A stretch of DNA of 34,848 nucleotides from contig CAJNYD010000510.1 of the NCBI GenBank assembly GCA_905331295.1, positions 84,984 to 119,831 of the forward strand, written 5' to 3'. Origin of the DNA: Rotaria socialis. Its lineage: Eukaryota. Positions 12,786-26,688 of this stretch are shown here, one piece after another. The stretch's first letter is position 1, and the number at the start of each line of letters is the position of its first letter. The position numbers and the translations under genes are program-made. The notes under the pieces were generated by a model. The model had not been told where the DNA came from. It made no database searches and saw only the letters and a list, made by a program, of their open reading frames with translations.

Positions 12786-15700
12786 ATGGTGCGTCAAGCG
12801 AATTCTTCGCCAATTAATTTATCATTATGTGGATGCGGATTTTTGGGTGTTTATCATGTTGGCGTTGTTTGTGCATTTAAAGAACATGCACCGGCAATTC
12901 TCAATGGAAAAATGGCTGGATGTTCAGCTGGTTCACTTGTTGCTGCTTGTGCAATGAGTGGTTGTTGTCTTGGACAAATGTGTAGCGATGCACTTGAAAT
13001 AGCTATACGAGCTCGAAGTCGAGCGTTGGGACCATTGCATCCAACATTTAGTATTGTCGACATAATACGTAATGGCTTACGAAGAATTTTACCGACAAAT
13101 GCACATGAAATATGTTCAGGACGATTATATATATCGTTGACACGTTGGAAAGATAATAAAAATGTCATCGTCAATCAATATCACACACGTGAAGAACTTA
13201 TTCAAGTACTTATTTGTTCAAGTTTTGTGCCGTATTGGTCAGGAATAATTCCACATAAATTTCGAGGAGAAGTAATAAAAAAAATTTCAATTAATAAACA
13301 ATCATTTTCTATTCTGTATTTTTAGTATTATTGGGATGGTGGTCTAACAAATAATAATCCAATAATTGACGAAGGAACTATTTTAGTATCGCCATTTGCT
13401 GGTGAAAGTGATATTTGTCCACGTGATGAATCTGGTTCATTTTATAGTGTTGATTTTAGAGGTTAGAATTGTTTTATATCTTAGTATACAAGAATACATT
13501 AATCTTCGTCTATCTTGATTTCAATAGGTACAGATATATCATGTACACAAGAAAATTTATATCGTATGACACATGCCTTATTTCCGCCAAATATTTCTGT
13601 TTTAAAACAAATATGTTGGCGTGGCTATATTGATGGTTTAAAGTTTTTACAAACGAGAAGTAAGTGATTAAGAGATTTTTATTTTGTTTATAAATTTTAT
13701 TTTATTTAGATCTTATTGGTTCTATACGTTTAAGTTCAACAATAAATATTTCATCTGTACTCGGTACAGAATATACAGAGCCTGCAAATGATGATGAAAA
13801 TCAATTAAGAAATGGTGGCATTGCTCAAGATATCGAACAAATGTATGAAAACACCGATGATATTGAGGCAGCATCAACATCTGATGGGAGAAATTCCAGT
13901 GGCAATTCCGATCAATCCGATGAAGAATCAAATGCTGCTAGCAGTCAAGCTACATATAGTCCATACGGTGGAAAGGTTCTACGAAAAAAAGAATTGCCAA
14001 CACCATTATTTGCTGGCAAAGAATTTATCTATTTCGTTTTTCTAGGAAACTAGACGTTTTTCTTTTTTCTTTTTTATAGTTTTTGCTGATGCACGACAAA
14101 AAGAAGAAGAACCAATAGGACGATATTTTACAGATTCAAATATTTTTAAGCTGTGTACATACATGGCTTTACCATTTACATTGCCAATAGATCTTACTTA
14201 TGCAGCAACAAAAAGGTATAAATTAGGTTTTGTTTTATCGAATAGATTTGCGGCTAAATTAGGAGCGTTACGAGACTATGTAAAGTTTTGTTATCGTAAT
14301 CGTAAACTGAATTAAAATAACATGGAGTGATCTTGCAATTTTTTATCAGTTACATGTTCTTTTTAAGTTCTACTTTATCACAAAAGAAACCTAGATGTAA
14401 AAACAAAAACATTTCATCATATATCGTAATGAAGAATAGGACGCTCTTTTTTTTATCTTCATGCGATTCTTTAATGTAAACGCTTAATAGTTTTATAACA
14501 AGAAATTGAATAGAATCTGTTTTGTCAATACTTTTACCGATGATTTCAATGAAACTAGAAATATAGAGACAATTATTGCAAAATTTATTAGACTAAATTG
14601 GCAGTAAACAAGAAGAGTTTCATTTTATGGATAACTCTGTCCTTGCAGTACTTATTTCTAGTTTTATGAACAATAACAGTCTCGAGGATGTGATTAACAT
14701 ATGTTCTATTACTCATGCATAGATAAATAAAAAACAATGCAATGTCTATTATGTTATGATAAACAATCATGGCACGCATATTAAGAAGGGAACGATCTGA
14801 TCGTGCATAGTTTAAAAGGAAAAAATAACGGTCGATAAGGGCACACTAGTGTCTATTGAGATACCTCGTCGCTATTTTTTTGTTGACAGTTTGCAATCGA
14901 CATACAGTCATGTCAACACCGATTGATCGGCGTGTCACTAACAAGGTTTAACCATATTCTTTCTTAAAGAGCAATCGGTTCTCCTGTTTTGTTTCTCTAT
15001 GGAACTTTTCTTTGCACTGAATCGATTGCGAAAAGTTTGTGATTGAAACAAATAATTTCTCATATTGTAATCTACGAACATGTTTCATTACAAGAAGAAT
15101 TTTCGTTCTAGAAAATTGAATTTATTTTCATTATTCAAAATCAAATCAAATTTTCTTTGAAAGACTTTTTTCTATTTCGATTGTAATTATTCAGAAATAA
15201 CCTTGAACATCGAGATTAGAGCTATTTATTTAATAATCATTTGTACTTGTCTAAAAAATGAATAACTACAGATGTTTTCTTTTTAAACACTTCGTCTTCT
15301 GGTTTATACCCCCTTAAATTCATCTGTTTCTTTTCAATTTACAGCAATAGGAAATGTTCTTCGTCTCAGTTTGACTAACCATCAATGAAGAAGAAAAAAA
15401 AACAAGATTTTATTTATTTTAAGAATAGAATTTACAATCAGACAAATTCATTGATTTGTCTTCTTTGATGTTTTTATTGTTGTTTAGTCTATAGAAAACG
15501 TCAACATCAAATAATAGTTTTACATTAGACATTATTTCTTCTTTTTCGTATTGCTTTAAAATCTAAAAAAAATCTTCTCTATTTATTGTTATTAGTAAAG
15601 TGAATCATCGAGTATTTTTATTGCATTTGAATCGATAATACAATAATTTCTATTTAGAGTCTTGAATAATCTTCGTCCATCAACTGATACAAATGAATCG

Positions 15701-16274
15701 TCGATGCCAAAACGAGCAGTCAATTATCTTTGGTCATGGTTTGGCGAGGAAAACCATACAAAATATTGTTATCACCTTCAAGAGTAAATTAATTTCGAAG
15801 CGTTTTTTATGTTTTTACATTGAAACTATTTCGTTGATTTTGTTTTTTCTTAGTTGTGAATGTACGGAAAGTCGAATATCTTCACATGGTGGTAATCAAC
15901 TCCCACGGCATTCTTCTTCTTCACGCCCACGTCAACCTCCATCTACGACTCAATCAAATGTGCGTCGTTCTACTTCAAATAGAAAACGTAAAATAAGTGA
16001 AGGTATTAGTACAGTAACATCGTATCGAACAGATTCTTCAAGTGATAAGGAGGATATATCGACTATGAATAATGATGATGCTCAATATGTTTTATCGGAA
16101 GCAAATTTAACTCAAACGTATCCACAACCGGATATAGTTATGTCAACAAATCCAAGTGAAGAATATTGTCGTCAACTACAACAAATGGCAAGTTTATCAA
16201 ATCTAACACGATTTAGTGAACAATCAACGTCATCATCAAACACAATGCCATTTTTCGCCGACGATAATGCTTAA
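12786..16274 (+). CDS. PNPLA2: Patatin-like triglyceride lipase (ATGL/brummer), multi-exon
   Basis: [16 protein letters not shown] oxyanion loop, GCSAG nucleophile motif, [41 protein letters not shown]; Ser-rich tail ends at 16274. Confidence 0.9.
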
Positions 16275-17348
16275 ATGAACAGTGAACCCAATGAATTACC
16301 GACAACACATCTTGAAAATAATGTTTCATTTAATTAGTCGATAGAAACAAGTTTAGTCACCGGTGATTTCCTGTTTATTATTCAATTTAAAATATGTATA
16401 TAATTTTTTGTTTTGCTTTTTATACTCGAGTGTGTTTGTATATATGTGATTGTTGTGTTTGTAAATTTAAGTTTTTTTTCAGTGTCAACAAAAAGCTTTA
16501 TCTATCAAGTAATTTACTTGAATTAAAAAATATGGAATATTCCACTATATGCGCATATATAGTGATATTATGACTGGCAATTCTTTTTTTAAACTGTTTA
16601 ATTGTGCTTTCAAATTGGACTGATGTGTTATAACAGTGTACTAGTTTTCTTTTTTAATATTATAAAGCTATCTATTGTGTTGTTGTTTGTTTTTGTCAGA
16701 TACTAAATTTATAAAGAACAACAAAATAACATACTAATTTAATTTATTCTTTTTGTTTTAGAAAAAAAAAGTTTTATTCTATTCGCGAAACAGAGTAAAA
16801 TGAAAAAAAAGCATATTCTTTTTCAATTTTCCTTTTCCACACCCCACCTCTTTATTTCGCTTCTCTCTTTTTCTTTCATTTCTTTTCAAATGATGTCACC
16901 ACTTACGTTCACGCTAAAAGTACTCTTATATTTCATTTCTTCCTACATACATTTTGCTGTACCCTACTCATATGGTTACCAATATTGTTTTTGCGAAGAA
17001 GAGAAAAACGAGTAAGTATGACAATGTTGGCTTGTATTTGACGCCCGACGTCGATAGGAAAGAAGACGGGGATGACTATGTAGACTGAGTAAAGTTTTTT
17101 CTTCTTTCTCTTCTTCTCTTTTTATATTTCAACCCTTCGGGCAAATATAGAAGGCGAACATATACGAAATGTAAGACACGTATCAAGGCATACATTACCA
17201 ACTCGCGAACATTTCTTTCTTAAATTACGTCATTCTATCAAACAAGCTCATCAATCTTTGCATTTTAGATATTTGTTAGTGTTCACTTTTTTTCTCCTTC
17301 TCTTTTTTCTTTTGTTCTCTTTTCTTACTATTTCATTTGTCCTTGGAA

Positions 17349-19409
17349 ATGGATTTTCTTTCGGCCGGTAATTCATCGAGTATTGATGATGTTGTATCAG
17401 TCAATATTAGTACAACAAAAAAATTATCAACAATTAACTATGAACAAAATAGTGAACAATTTTTAAGAACATTTTCCACGTGGAACGAACATGAACAATT
17501 ATGTTTTGTTGAAAATCTATTAAAACAAATGAAAAGTCATCAACATGGACAAGTTAATTTATTTTTATTACCAATGTTAAAACGTGACTTTGTTGGACGT
17601 TTAGCATCCTATGGACTTGAGCATGTTGCAGAAAAAATTCTTGGATATTTAGATGATAAATCATTGAAATCAACCGAACTTGTTTGTCGTGAATGGTATC
17701 ATGTTATATCAGATGGTTAGTTAAGAGAAAAAAAAATTCAATGGATATTTTTGTTTCTTGATAATGAATATTCTTGATCTTATCTAGGTATGCTATGGAA
17801 AAAAATAATCGAAAGAAAATTTCTCTCAAATTCATTATGGCGTGGCCTAGCCGATCGTCGTGGTTGGACGAAATATCTATTCCGTCAATTAATAATCAAT
17901 GGTGAAAAGCCTAAACGTCATGAATTTTATCGTCAATTGTATCCTCAAATCGTACACGATATTGAACAGTTAGAAGCAAATTGGCGTAAAGGAAGTTTTC
18001 AGTTAGAAAAAATTCAATGCCGTTCGCAGAATAGCAAAGGTGTTTATTGTTTACAATATGATGATGAAAAAATAGTTAGTGGTCTTCGAGATAATACAAT
18101 TAAAATATGGGATAGAAAAACACTCGAATGCGTTAAAGTTTTAACAGGACATAATGGTAGTGTTTTATGTTTACAATATGATGAAAAAGTTATTGTTACC
18201 GGTTCATCGGATTCAACCATACGTGTATGGAATGTTAAAACTGGTGAATTAATTAATACACTTTTACATCATTGTGAAGCCGTACTTCATCTTCGATTTT
18301 CAAATGGTACAATGGTAACATGTTCGAAAGATCGTTCGATTGCTGTCTGGCAAATGAATTCACCAATTGATATAACTATACGTCGTGTACTTGTTGGACA
18401 TCGTGCTGCAGTTAATGTAGTCGATTTCGATGATAAATATATAGTTAGTGCAAGTGGTGATCGAACAATTAAAGTTTGGGTAAGAAAGATGATTTTGTTT
18501 TTCTTTCGCAAATTGTTACTTTATTTTTCTCATAGGACACAACAACTTGTGAATTTGTTCGAACACTTCTTGGTCATAAACGAGGCATTGCCTGTCTACA
18601 GTATCGAGATCATATTGTTGTTAGTGGATCTTCAGATAATACTATTCGAGTAAGTTGTAGGAAGATTAGCAAGTGTAAATAAGACGAACTTCGAAAATAA
18701 AGCTGGAGCATCCGTCAGAAACAATCTAATAGCGTGCATCTATATTATATGAGGCAAAAAACAAAGAATTTTGATTATGCTTTTTTTCCTGTTTGTGTTA
18801 TCTCATAAATATTTCGTGCATCAAAATTATTGACTTGGGACTTTTATCCTTGTAGGTTTGGGATATTGAATGTGGTGCATGTCTCCGTATACTTGAAGGA
18901 CATGATGAACTTGTTCGATGTATTCGTTTCGATTCTAAACGTATTGTTTCGGGTGCCTATGATGGTAAATTAGATTTTTATTTTTTTCTTAATATTTTTC
19001 ATATTTATTTTTACATTAAAAATCAGGTAAAATCAAAATATGGGATCTTCAAGCTGCACTTGATCCACGTTCACAAACAGCATCACTCTGTATAAAAACT
19101 CTTAGTGAACATACAGGACGTGTATTCCGTCTGCAATTCGATGAATTTCAAATCGTTTCCAGTTCACACGATGATACTATACTCTGCTTCAATTTTCTTC
19201 AGCCCGATTCGTCAACTCTACCGAGATCACAACATTCACCGACTAGTTTAGGCGCATGTCAAACATCAGTATCAAATATGATTAGATCATCAACGAATAT
19301 GGAATCATCCGATAATGGACATACAAATGAAAATAATCACACATCAAATGTACTGCAAAGTCAAGTATCTGTTCAATCAACAGCATCATCATCGAGTTCA
19401 GAAAAATAA
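17349..19409 (+). CDS. BTRC: Beta-TrCP/Slimb F-box WD40 protein (BTRC/FBXW11 family)
   Basis: D-domain ([14 protein letters not shown]...PMLKRDF), F-box ([11 protein letters not shown]...ELVCREW), WD40 repeats ([81 protein letters not shown]); exact start codon uncertain. Confidence 0.95.
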
Positions 19410-22400
19410 ATATATTATTTTCATCGAAGAGCGCGAATTCCTTTTTAATCCATACTTTGAAAATTCGAGTCTGGCTTCTGTTCGAATCTCGCGTAATCTT
19501 GTTTCACATGTTGTTTTTTCTTTTTGTCTTTGAATATCCCCTTACGTGTCTGATACTTCTTTTTCTTTGTCTTTTGTCCATATATGTTTTTCAATCAAGG
19601 AATACAGAGATGTATGTTCTATTATTATATTTTGTTCTGCGTCATCTTTATGAACTGTTGAAAATGTCAGCAGTACACATATTTTTGTATCAAATGAAAA
19701 GTGAAGAAAAGAGAATAATAAAACAAACTTTAACAAACATATATATTTTATACTTACTACTTTTCCTTCTTTTAGCTTCCAGCGACATCTAGATTAAGGA
19801 AAATATTAGTTCATTTGTTTTTCAGGGAAAAACTTTCTAACTGAAATGAAAATTAATGAACATGAAGTAATTAATATGTTTTGAATAGTGTTGAATAAAC
19901 CTTAAAAAAAGGATGTAATTGGTAAACAAGTCTAAGCCAGTTATATGATTGATACTAATCAAAGACTTTTTTTTTCTAATTGACATGATAGAATAACAAT
20001 CAACACTGAATGTTTTTGTATTCATCTACATTTCGTTGATTTTAGATAATACATATATATATATATATATAATCATAAGACTCGTCTATTGAATCGAAAA
20101 TTATTAGTCATATTGAATTTCTATTTTATGGATATGCAGAAATCTATGAAATTCTATCAGTTATTTTGACGGATGTCTGTACAAACGTCGGAATTACATG
20201 TCAAAGAGGTATGATTTGCATATTCATTTATAATAGTAATACTAACAAAAGAAAAGAAACGTATTTTGCATAGAATAATTTTATATCTATTTATTTTTCC
20301 ATTGTTTTCATAGTGATGAGCTGTGTAATGCAATTTTTTGCCAACATCCAATAGTAAGCAATATCTTCTACTCTAATTTCTTTGCCTTAAGGGACATGGT
20401 TCAGATCGGTTGTTTTTTATCTATATAGGGAAAAACGCCATATGTGAAGAGATAAATATTATATAATTAGATTTATTTAAAGATGACGTTTGTGGAAGTT
20501 TATCGATATGATCAAAATCGAATTAATTATAAAACTTTTTCTAATGTTTTTATTTCTCTGAAGAGTGAAACTCTTATTAATTCTGTTCTTCATATATGAC
20601 GTGTATTTGTGTAGTATTAGTAGTTACTCGATTACAACAGAAAGCTTTAAAGCCTTTTATGAATTATCGATAAAACCTGTTTCTGATAAATATTTGTTTC
20701 CTATAAACAAATGATTTGTATGATAAGAAATCTTACGTCATAGAAAACACGTTTATATTATATGATGTTTCCAATAGATGATAAATGTAAATGACCTTGC
20801 TGAAAGGTTCTACATAGATTCTAACATTAAGTTCTAATTTTATATCTTCTGTTTTATTTCATCAAGTCACGCAATTCTATAATTGTTTTCTATTCTCTTC
20901 CTATTCCATTCGTTTGGTGAGTTTTTTTGTACTTCTGATAATGGACACATTTTTCTTTTTAGCTGAATGCACATTAATATGAATAAGAAAAGTCGGATGT
21001 AGATAATTAGAATGGCATTGCCAAGGCCTCGTGGTGTCAATCTCATGAGGATATAAATGAATTAGATTTTTGCCTTTTTATAGTTTGTTCTCTAACGAGA
21101 ATGATTGATCTCTTCCGCAATAATTCTCACATAGCCTCGAGCATGTGATTCTCATTTTTGAACATTGAAGTATGTTTATTTGTATACTTTTTTGTTTTTC
21201 AGATGAATAAATTCTGTTCATCAATTACTATTATCCATTGCGTGCACTTGTCATCAGGTCTCATGAAGAAGAGCGACTGCCAACACTACTCTTACTATTC
21301 AAGCAACATTTAATGCGGCGTCATTATTGGACACACTGAACGCAAGAGAACAGAAATAAGAGAAAACGAGAGAGAGAGAGAAACGAGCGACGAGACCACG
21401 GCAGAACGAACGAGAACAAGGAAAAGATGAAGAGAGGGATGCCTTCTAAATGAACTCGACACATTACTTTGTGTGGACATTTTCTTCAACGATTTCCCTG
21501 GTAAGTTGAATAGCAAATCGCAAGGGAGAGAGAAAGAGACGCGACACCTTTTTTTCATAATGAATAGAAGTTAGAAAAAGTAATTAATGTCAATCAAGCT
21601 GTATCTAAAAAGAAAATACTTGACATAGTAAACACAAGTGTATCTCATTAACAAAACGGAAGTTGCTGTCTGACTGAATGTTTCTTGCCTTTGAAACTCA
21701 TAGAGAAAGAGAGAGAGAGATAGTACTAATCAAACCATTGCTGTACATCATAATAAATATGGCTTTAATGAAAAGAGATGCACCCACATACGATCGAATA
21801 AGTAAATATGTCCGTTCTTTCTAAAGTATGTATTTGTGACAAATCGAGAAGTAGATGTCTGTCGACCCTATAAATGTAAAAAAGAAAGCGAAAGATGATC
21901 ATCGAACTATATAAGAACGATTGTATATGTTCATTACATTCACATTTGAAAGAGTATTCTGTTTTTTGCATTAGACGTTTTTCTCTTTTTTTCTATAATA
22001 AGAAAGTTTCTAGTTACAACAATAAGATTCATCTATTGTTTTAGAGAACATGAGAAAATGCCACATTGATATTAGTTACATACTATGTAAAATTTGTTTG
22101 TAGGTAAAAATAAGTGTCTTCAGAATAGGTAAAAAAAACAGATGAGGAACTTATTATTTTTTTGCATGAATACTTTCATTTTTTAATTGGCAATGATAAG
22201 GAAGACAGCGACGGCAGTGCAAATAGACATACATCATCAACATCATGCAACATAACGAGAAATGCAAGGTAGAACGAACTAATAGTATAAACAGACACCA
22301 AGACGAAGACGAATCGAGGCAATTCTTCATCTTTTGTTTTTACGCAATTGCTCATCACTTGGTTTTTCTCTCATGTGTAAGTATAAAATCATTGACGATA

Positions 22401-23081
22401 AGTCGATCGATTCCGTGTGTGCTCATATGAAGGTTCTACTTATTTCTTACTGACGTAAGAAAATATGAATCCATCTTTATTATCATGAACATTTGAGTAA
22501 GTAACTTAAGATAAGTATAATCCATTTAAACATCAAACGTATAGTGACTGAAGTCAACGATAAAAATGTGTCAGATTTGTTGATGGATCTATATATAATA
22601 ACAGTGACACTTATAGAGTTGCATTGTAAATAGTTTTATGCATGCATGCATGTTTTTTGTAAGCAGAAGGTTAATGACATGTCTCGGCTTGCTAAGAAGA
22701 TGTGTGGTGGCCTTGATTGGTTTGAGTTTGTGCTCGTCATATTTTATTTTCCCCTCGTTTCGCTTTTATGTTGATTCCCCGTGAGAAGCTTTTCCTTTTT
22801 TTTTTTACTGTCTTGAAACGGAAAAAAGATGCACAGTGTTGATACTTACACTTGAGTTCAAAGACAATCAATTGTGATGAAATAAAGGGAAATGTTCATT
22901 TTCTATTTTCTACTTGATTATCATAATTGTCAAGTATGTCTATTCTAGATAAGCAATTGATCTCTTACATTGTTAATCGTATTAATTAATAATTAAGTAT
23001 TTAAGTCTAAGACTGATTGTGACCAATAGACAACGAACAATGTGATATGGCCGAAACTTGTTCGGCATCATTATCGAGGAC

Positions 23082-26000
23082 ATGCTTATTGTTGTTACCC
23101 GTCATATTATTGTTGCCATTGAATTAATTCTTTTTATCATCGTTTCATTTGCTAAACTTGAACATTTAAAGTATACAAACGAATTTGTTTTACATATTAA
23201 TGAAGGTGAACAAACAGCTCGATCATTGGCTGAAAAATATGATTTAAAATTCGAAAGACAAGTAAAGAAAATTTTTGAAAAAGAAATCATTTTTTTGTAT
23301 ACTATTTATTTAAGGCGATACCACATCAAAATTATTTTGTATTTCGTCATATCATCAAAAATCATCGACGAAAACGTTCACTCGACGGATCCGATGTAGA
23401 ACTTATTGGTGAAATAAAACAAGATCCTTTAGTAGATTGGGTTGAACAACAGCAAGTTAAAAAACGTGTAAAACGTAATGCTATGCATTATCATCCAATG
23501 TATTCACCATCATCATCCTCTTCCAAATTTAATGACCCTGAATGGGATAAACAATGGTATATGGTAAGAGAAAATCTTTCACTTTTTATTTTTAAAGTAA
23601 ACAATGCTGTTTGTTTTGTTTAAAGCATGATGAAAGTGAACATGGTCGAGCTATGAATATCTCAGGTGCATGGCGTCTTGGATTTACTGGTAAAAATGTC
23701 GTCGTCACAATCCTTGACGATGGCATTGAGAAAGATCATCCTGATTTAATACAAAACTATGTAAGTATTAATACCGATCGTGTTGTGTACTGCATGTCTG
23801 CATGTCAAAAACAAAACCACTTTCTAGGAACCACAAGCAAGTACAGATATTAATGGTTATGACGATGATCCACAACCACGTTATGATCCAACAAATGAAA
23901 ACAAGTAGAAAACTATTTTGATTTTCTTCCTTTTTTTCCTATGTAACATTTATGTAGACATAGGAAAAACAAAATATATATATATATATTTTTTTTTCTC
24001 TGAGGAGTTAATAAGCGTTGATATTATTTATAGGAACCGCGTGCTAGTTATGATATCAATGGAAATGACAGCGACCCTCAACCCCGAATGACAGCGACTA
24101 ATGATAATAAGTAAATAGATAGAGTTTCTCTTTGAAAGACAATGATGAATTTGTTTGCATATAAATAAACACACACACATATATATCTATATATATCAGC
24201 ATGCGTAGAGGTGAGAATGATAGTTTTCTTTTTACTGTATTGCATGAGTTATTAGTGGCATTTCTTTATGATAATAAATTTTATTAAAATTTTTTCTTTT
24301 CTTCGTAGACATGGAACAAGATGTGCTGGTGAAGTTGGTAAGTTAAATAGGAAATCGATTTACTTGTATGAAATATTACTCATTTTGTTTAGCTGCTGCA
24401 GCAAATAATAATATATGTAGTGTTGGAGTAGCATATAATGCACGTATTGGAGGTACGAAAAATAATCATTGATTGAATATTATCTAGTAACAATAATTAT
24501 TGTTTTTTAGGTATTCGTTTGTTGGATGGAGAAGTAACTGATTTAGTTGAGTCTAGGGCATTGAGTTTTCGTCCGGATTTGATTGATATTTATTCAGCTA
24601 GTTGGTAAGGAAGCTCGACGTTTTTTTTGCTATGATAAAATATTAACCAAGAAAATTCATTCAGGGGACCGGATGATGATGGTAAAACAGTTGATGGACC
24701 AGCTACATTAGCTCAAGCAGCATTTGAGAATGGCATTAAATATGTAAATTCTATCAAGGATAATTTTCATTTTGTTTTCATTAATGTCCAATCTTTCCTA
24801 TTAGGGTCGTCAAGGTCTAGGTTCAATTTATGTTTGGGCATCAGGAAACGGTGGAAAAGACGATGATAATTGCAATTGTGATGGTTATACAAATTCTATA
24901 TATACAGTATCAATTTCAAGTGCCACTGAAAATGGAAATATACCTTGGTATTCGGAATCTTGTTCATCAACATTAGCAACTACGTATAGTAGTGGTGCAT
25001 CCGATGAAAAACAAGTTGTTTCAACAGATCTTCGAAGTCAATGTACAGAGAATCACACAGGTAAATTCAAAAAACAAAAGTTAATTCAGTTTCTTTTAAC
25101 GCCTTTTATTTATTTTTTCTTTTCTGTACAGGAACATCAGCTTCAGCTCCTATGGCTGCTGGTATAATTGCATTAGCACTTGAAGCTAATCGTAATTTAA
25201 CATGGCGTGATGTTCAATATTTGATCATTGAAACAGCAAAACCAAAATATTTGAATGCCTTAGATTGGAAGATGAATGGAGTTGGCAAACGCGTTAGCCA
25301 TGCGTTTGGTTTCGGAATGATGGATGCTGCTCAATTGGTTTTGAAAGTAAATATTCGTTTGAAATTTAAAACAAAAACTTATATTTTGCTGTTTTTAGGC
25401 TCAGAAATGGAGAACAGTCCCCTCTCAACGCATTTGCCATCAAAGCGATCCGAATATAATCGCAAAGTAAGTGCCATGTCGAAGTAAAAAGACTAATAAA
25501 AACATTAAAATCTTGACAGAACATTTAAAAAATATGAACGTGTTGTTATTCAAATGTATACTGATGGTTGTGTGAATACTGAAAATGAAATAAATTTTCT
25601 TGAACATGTACAATCAAAAGTATCTGTTAAAGTTAAATATCGTGGTATGTTATTTATTCGATTATAATTATTAGAAAAAAAAGTTATCGTTGTTTTAAGG
25701 TAATTTACAAATCTTTTTAACTTCGCCAATGGGTACAAATTCAACGCTACTCGGTAGACGAGTGGAAGATGATTCAATTGATGGATTTGACAAGTGGCCA
25801 TTTATGACAGTACATAATTGGGGCGAATCACCACGTGGTCTTTGGACTTTAGAAATTGTTGATGTTGAAAATAATGGTTAGTAGTAAATAGTTCTTTTCA
25901 TCTCGAATAGGAAATAGAAATCTAGATATGAAGAATTTGACAAAGCAGTAGACTTGGATGAAAGATCTCTATAGGAATACTATTGAAGTGCTCAGTGTGC

Positions 26001-26443
26001 CAATATTAATATCACATCTCGTTTATAATATAATTGTTTTTTTTTGTTTTCTTTTAGTTATTTTTCTGAATTGGTCTCTAGTTTTTTACGGTACGCAAGT
26101 TAATCCTTCACATCAATTACCAACCACAACTATTCCTTCCAAAATCCTTGCTGCGAATGTTCACCTTCAGCCATCCGACGAAGTCAATAATAGCATAGCT
26201 TATTCCCATTCGATGAATCATTATAATTCATTTCATACTCGACATCGTGAAAAAAATCGTAAAAATAAGCAACAAAACAATTATTATATAAAACAGCATT
26301 ACTATCCTTATAATCCGCCTTCATCATCTCATTCTACGTCAATTATTGATGATTTTTATCAAATAGAAATGTCAAACGCACATCGGATGAAGCCTCATTT
26401 AGCATTTATTTTAATTTTAATTCTTCTCCTTAATCGTGTCTAA
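23082..26443 (+). CDS. Furin-like proprotein convertase (S8B): signal peptide, prodomain, catalytic and P domains, short hydrophobic C-terminus
   Basis: Prodomain ending [34 protein letters not shown] (Asp); HGTRCAGEV (His); [34 protein letters not shown] (Ser); LEHVQ...[29 protein letters not shown]. Confidence 0.95.
23828..23904 (+). CDS. Convertase alternative exon A (77 nt): [25 protein letters not shown](K)
   Basis: AG at 23826-23827, GT at 23905; phase 0 to 2; paralogous to exon B. Confidence 0.88.
24034..24110 (+). CDS. Convertase alternative exon B (77 nt): [25 protein letters not shown](K)
   Basis: AG at 24032-24033, GT at 24111; same length and phase as exon A. Confidence 0.88.
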
Positions 26444-26688
26444 ATATTTTTCATTGTTTTTGCTCATATGATTTAGTATTTTTTACAGCTTATTTAAAAC
26501 AAATGTATTCTGTTGCTGTTGTGTGTTGTTGTGTGTAAATTTAAAGAAACAAGAAAAAGAATCAAAGCCTGAAAATAAATAGAAAAAAAGCGTAAATATT
26601 ATTTTTCGGTTTTGCTTCCTTCAGTTTGTGAAATATTTGAAATAAAAATTCAAGTACCGTTATTTGTAGAATCTTTGCATTTTTAGAA

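Noticed and set aside
14825..14945. Small hairpins and CTAGT in the PNPLA2 intron as a Helitron end
   Set aside because: Hairpin and CTAG are not in the expected order or spacing, and no 5' end is identifiable
19315..22430. Several 60-110-aa ORFs between beta-TrCP and the convertase
   Set aside because: Low-complexity F/L/I/K-rich translations typical of AT-rich non-coding DNA and microsatellites
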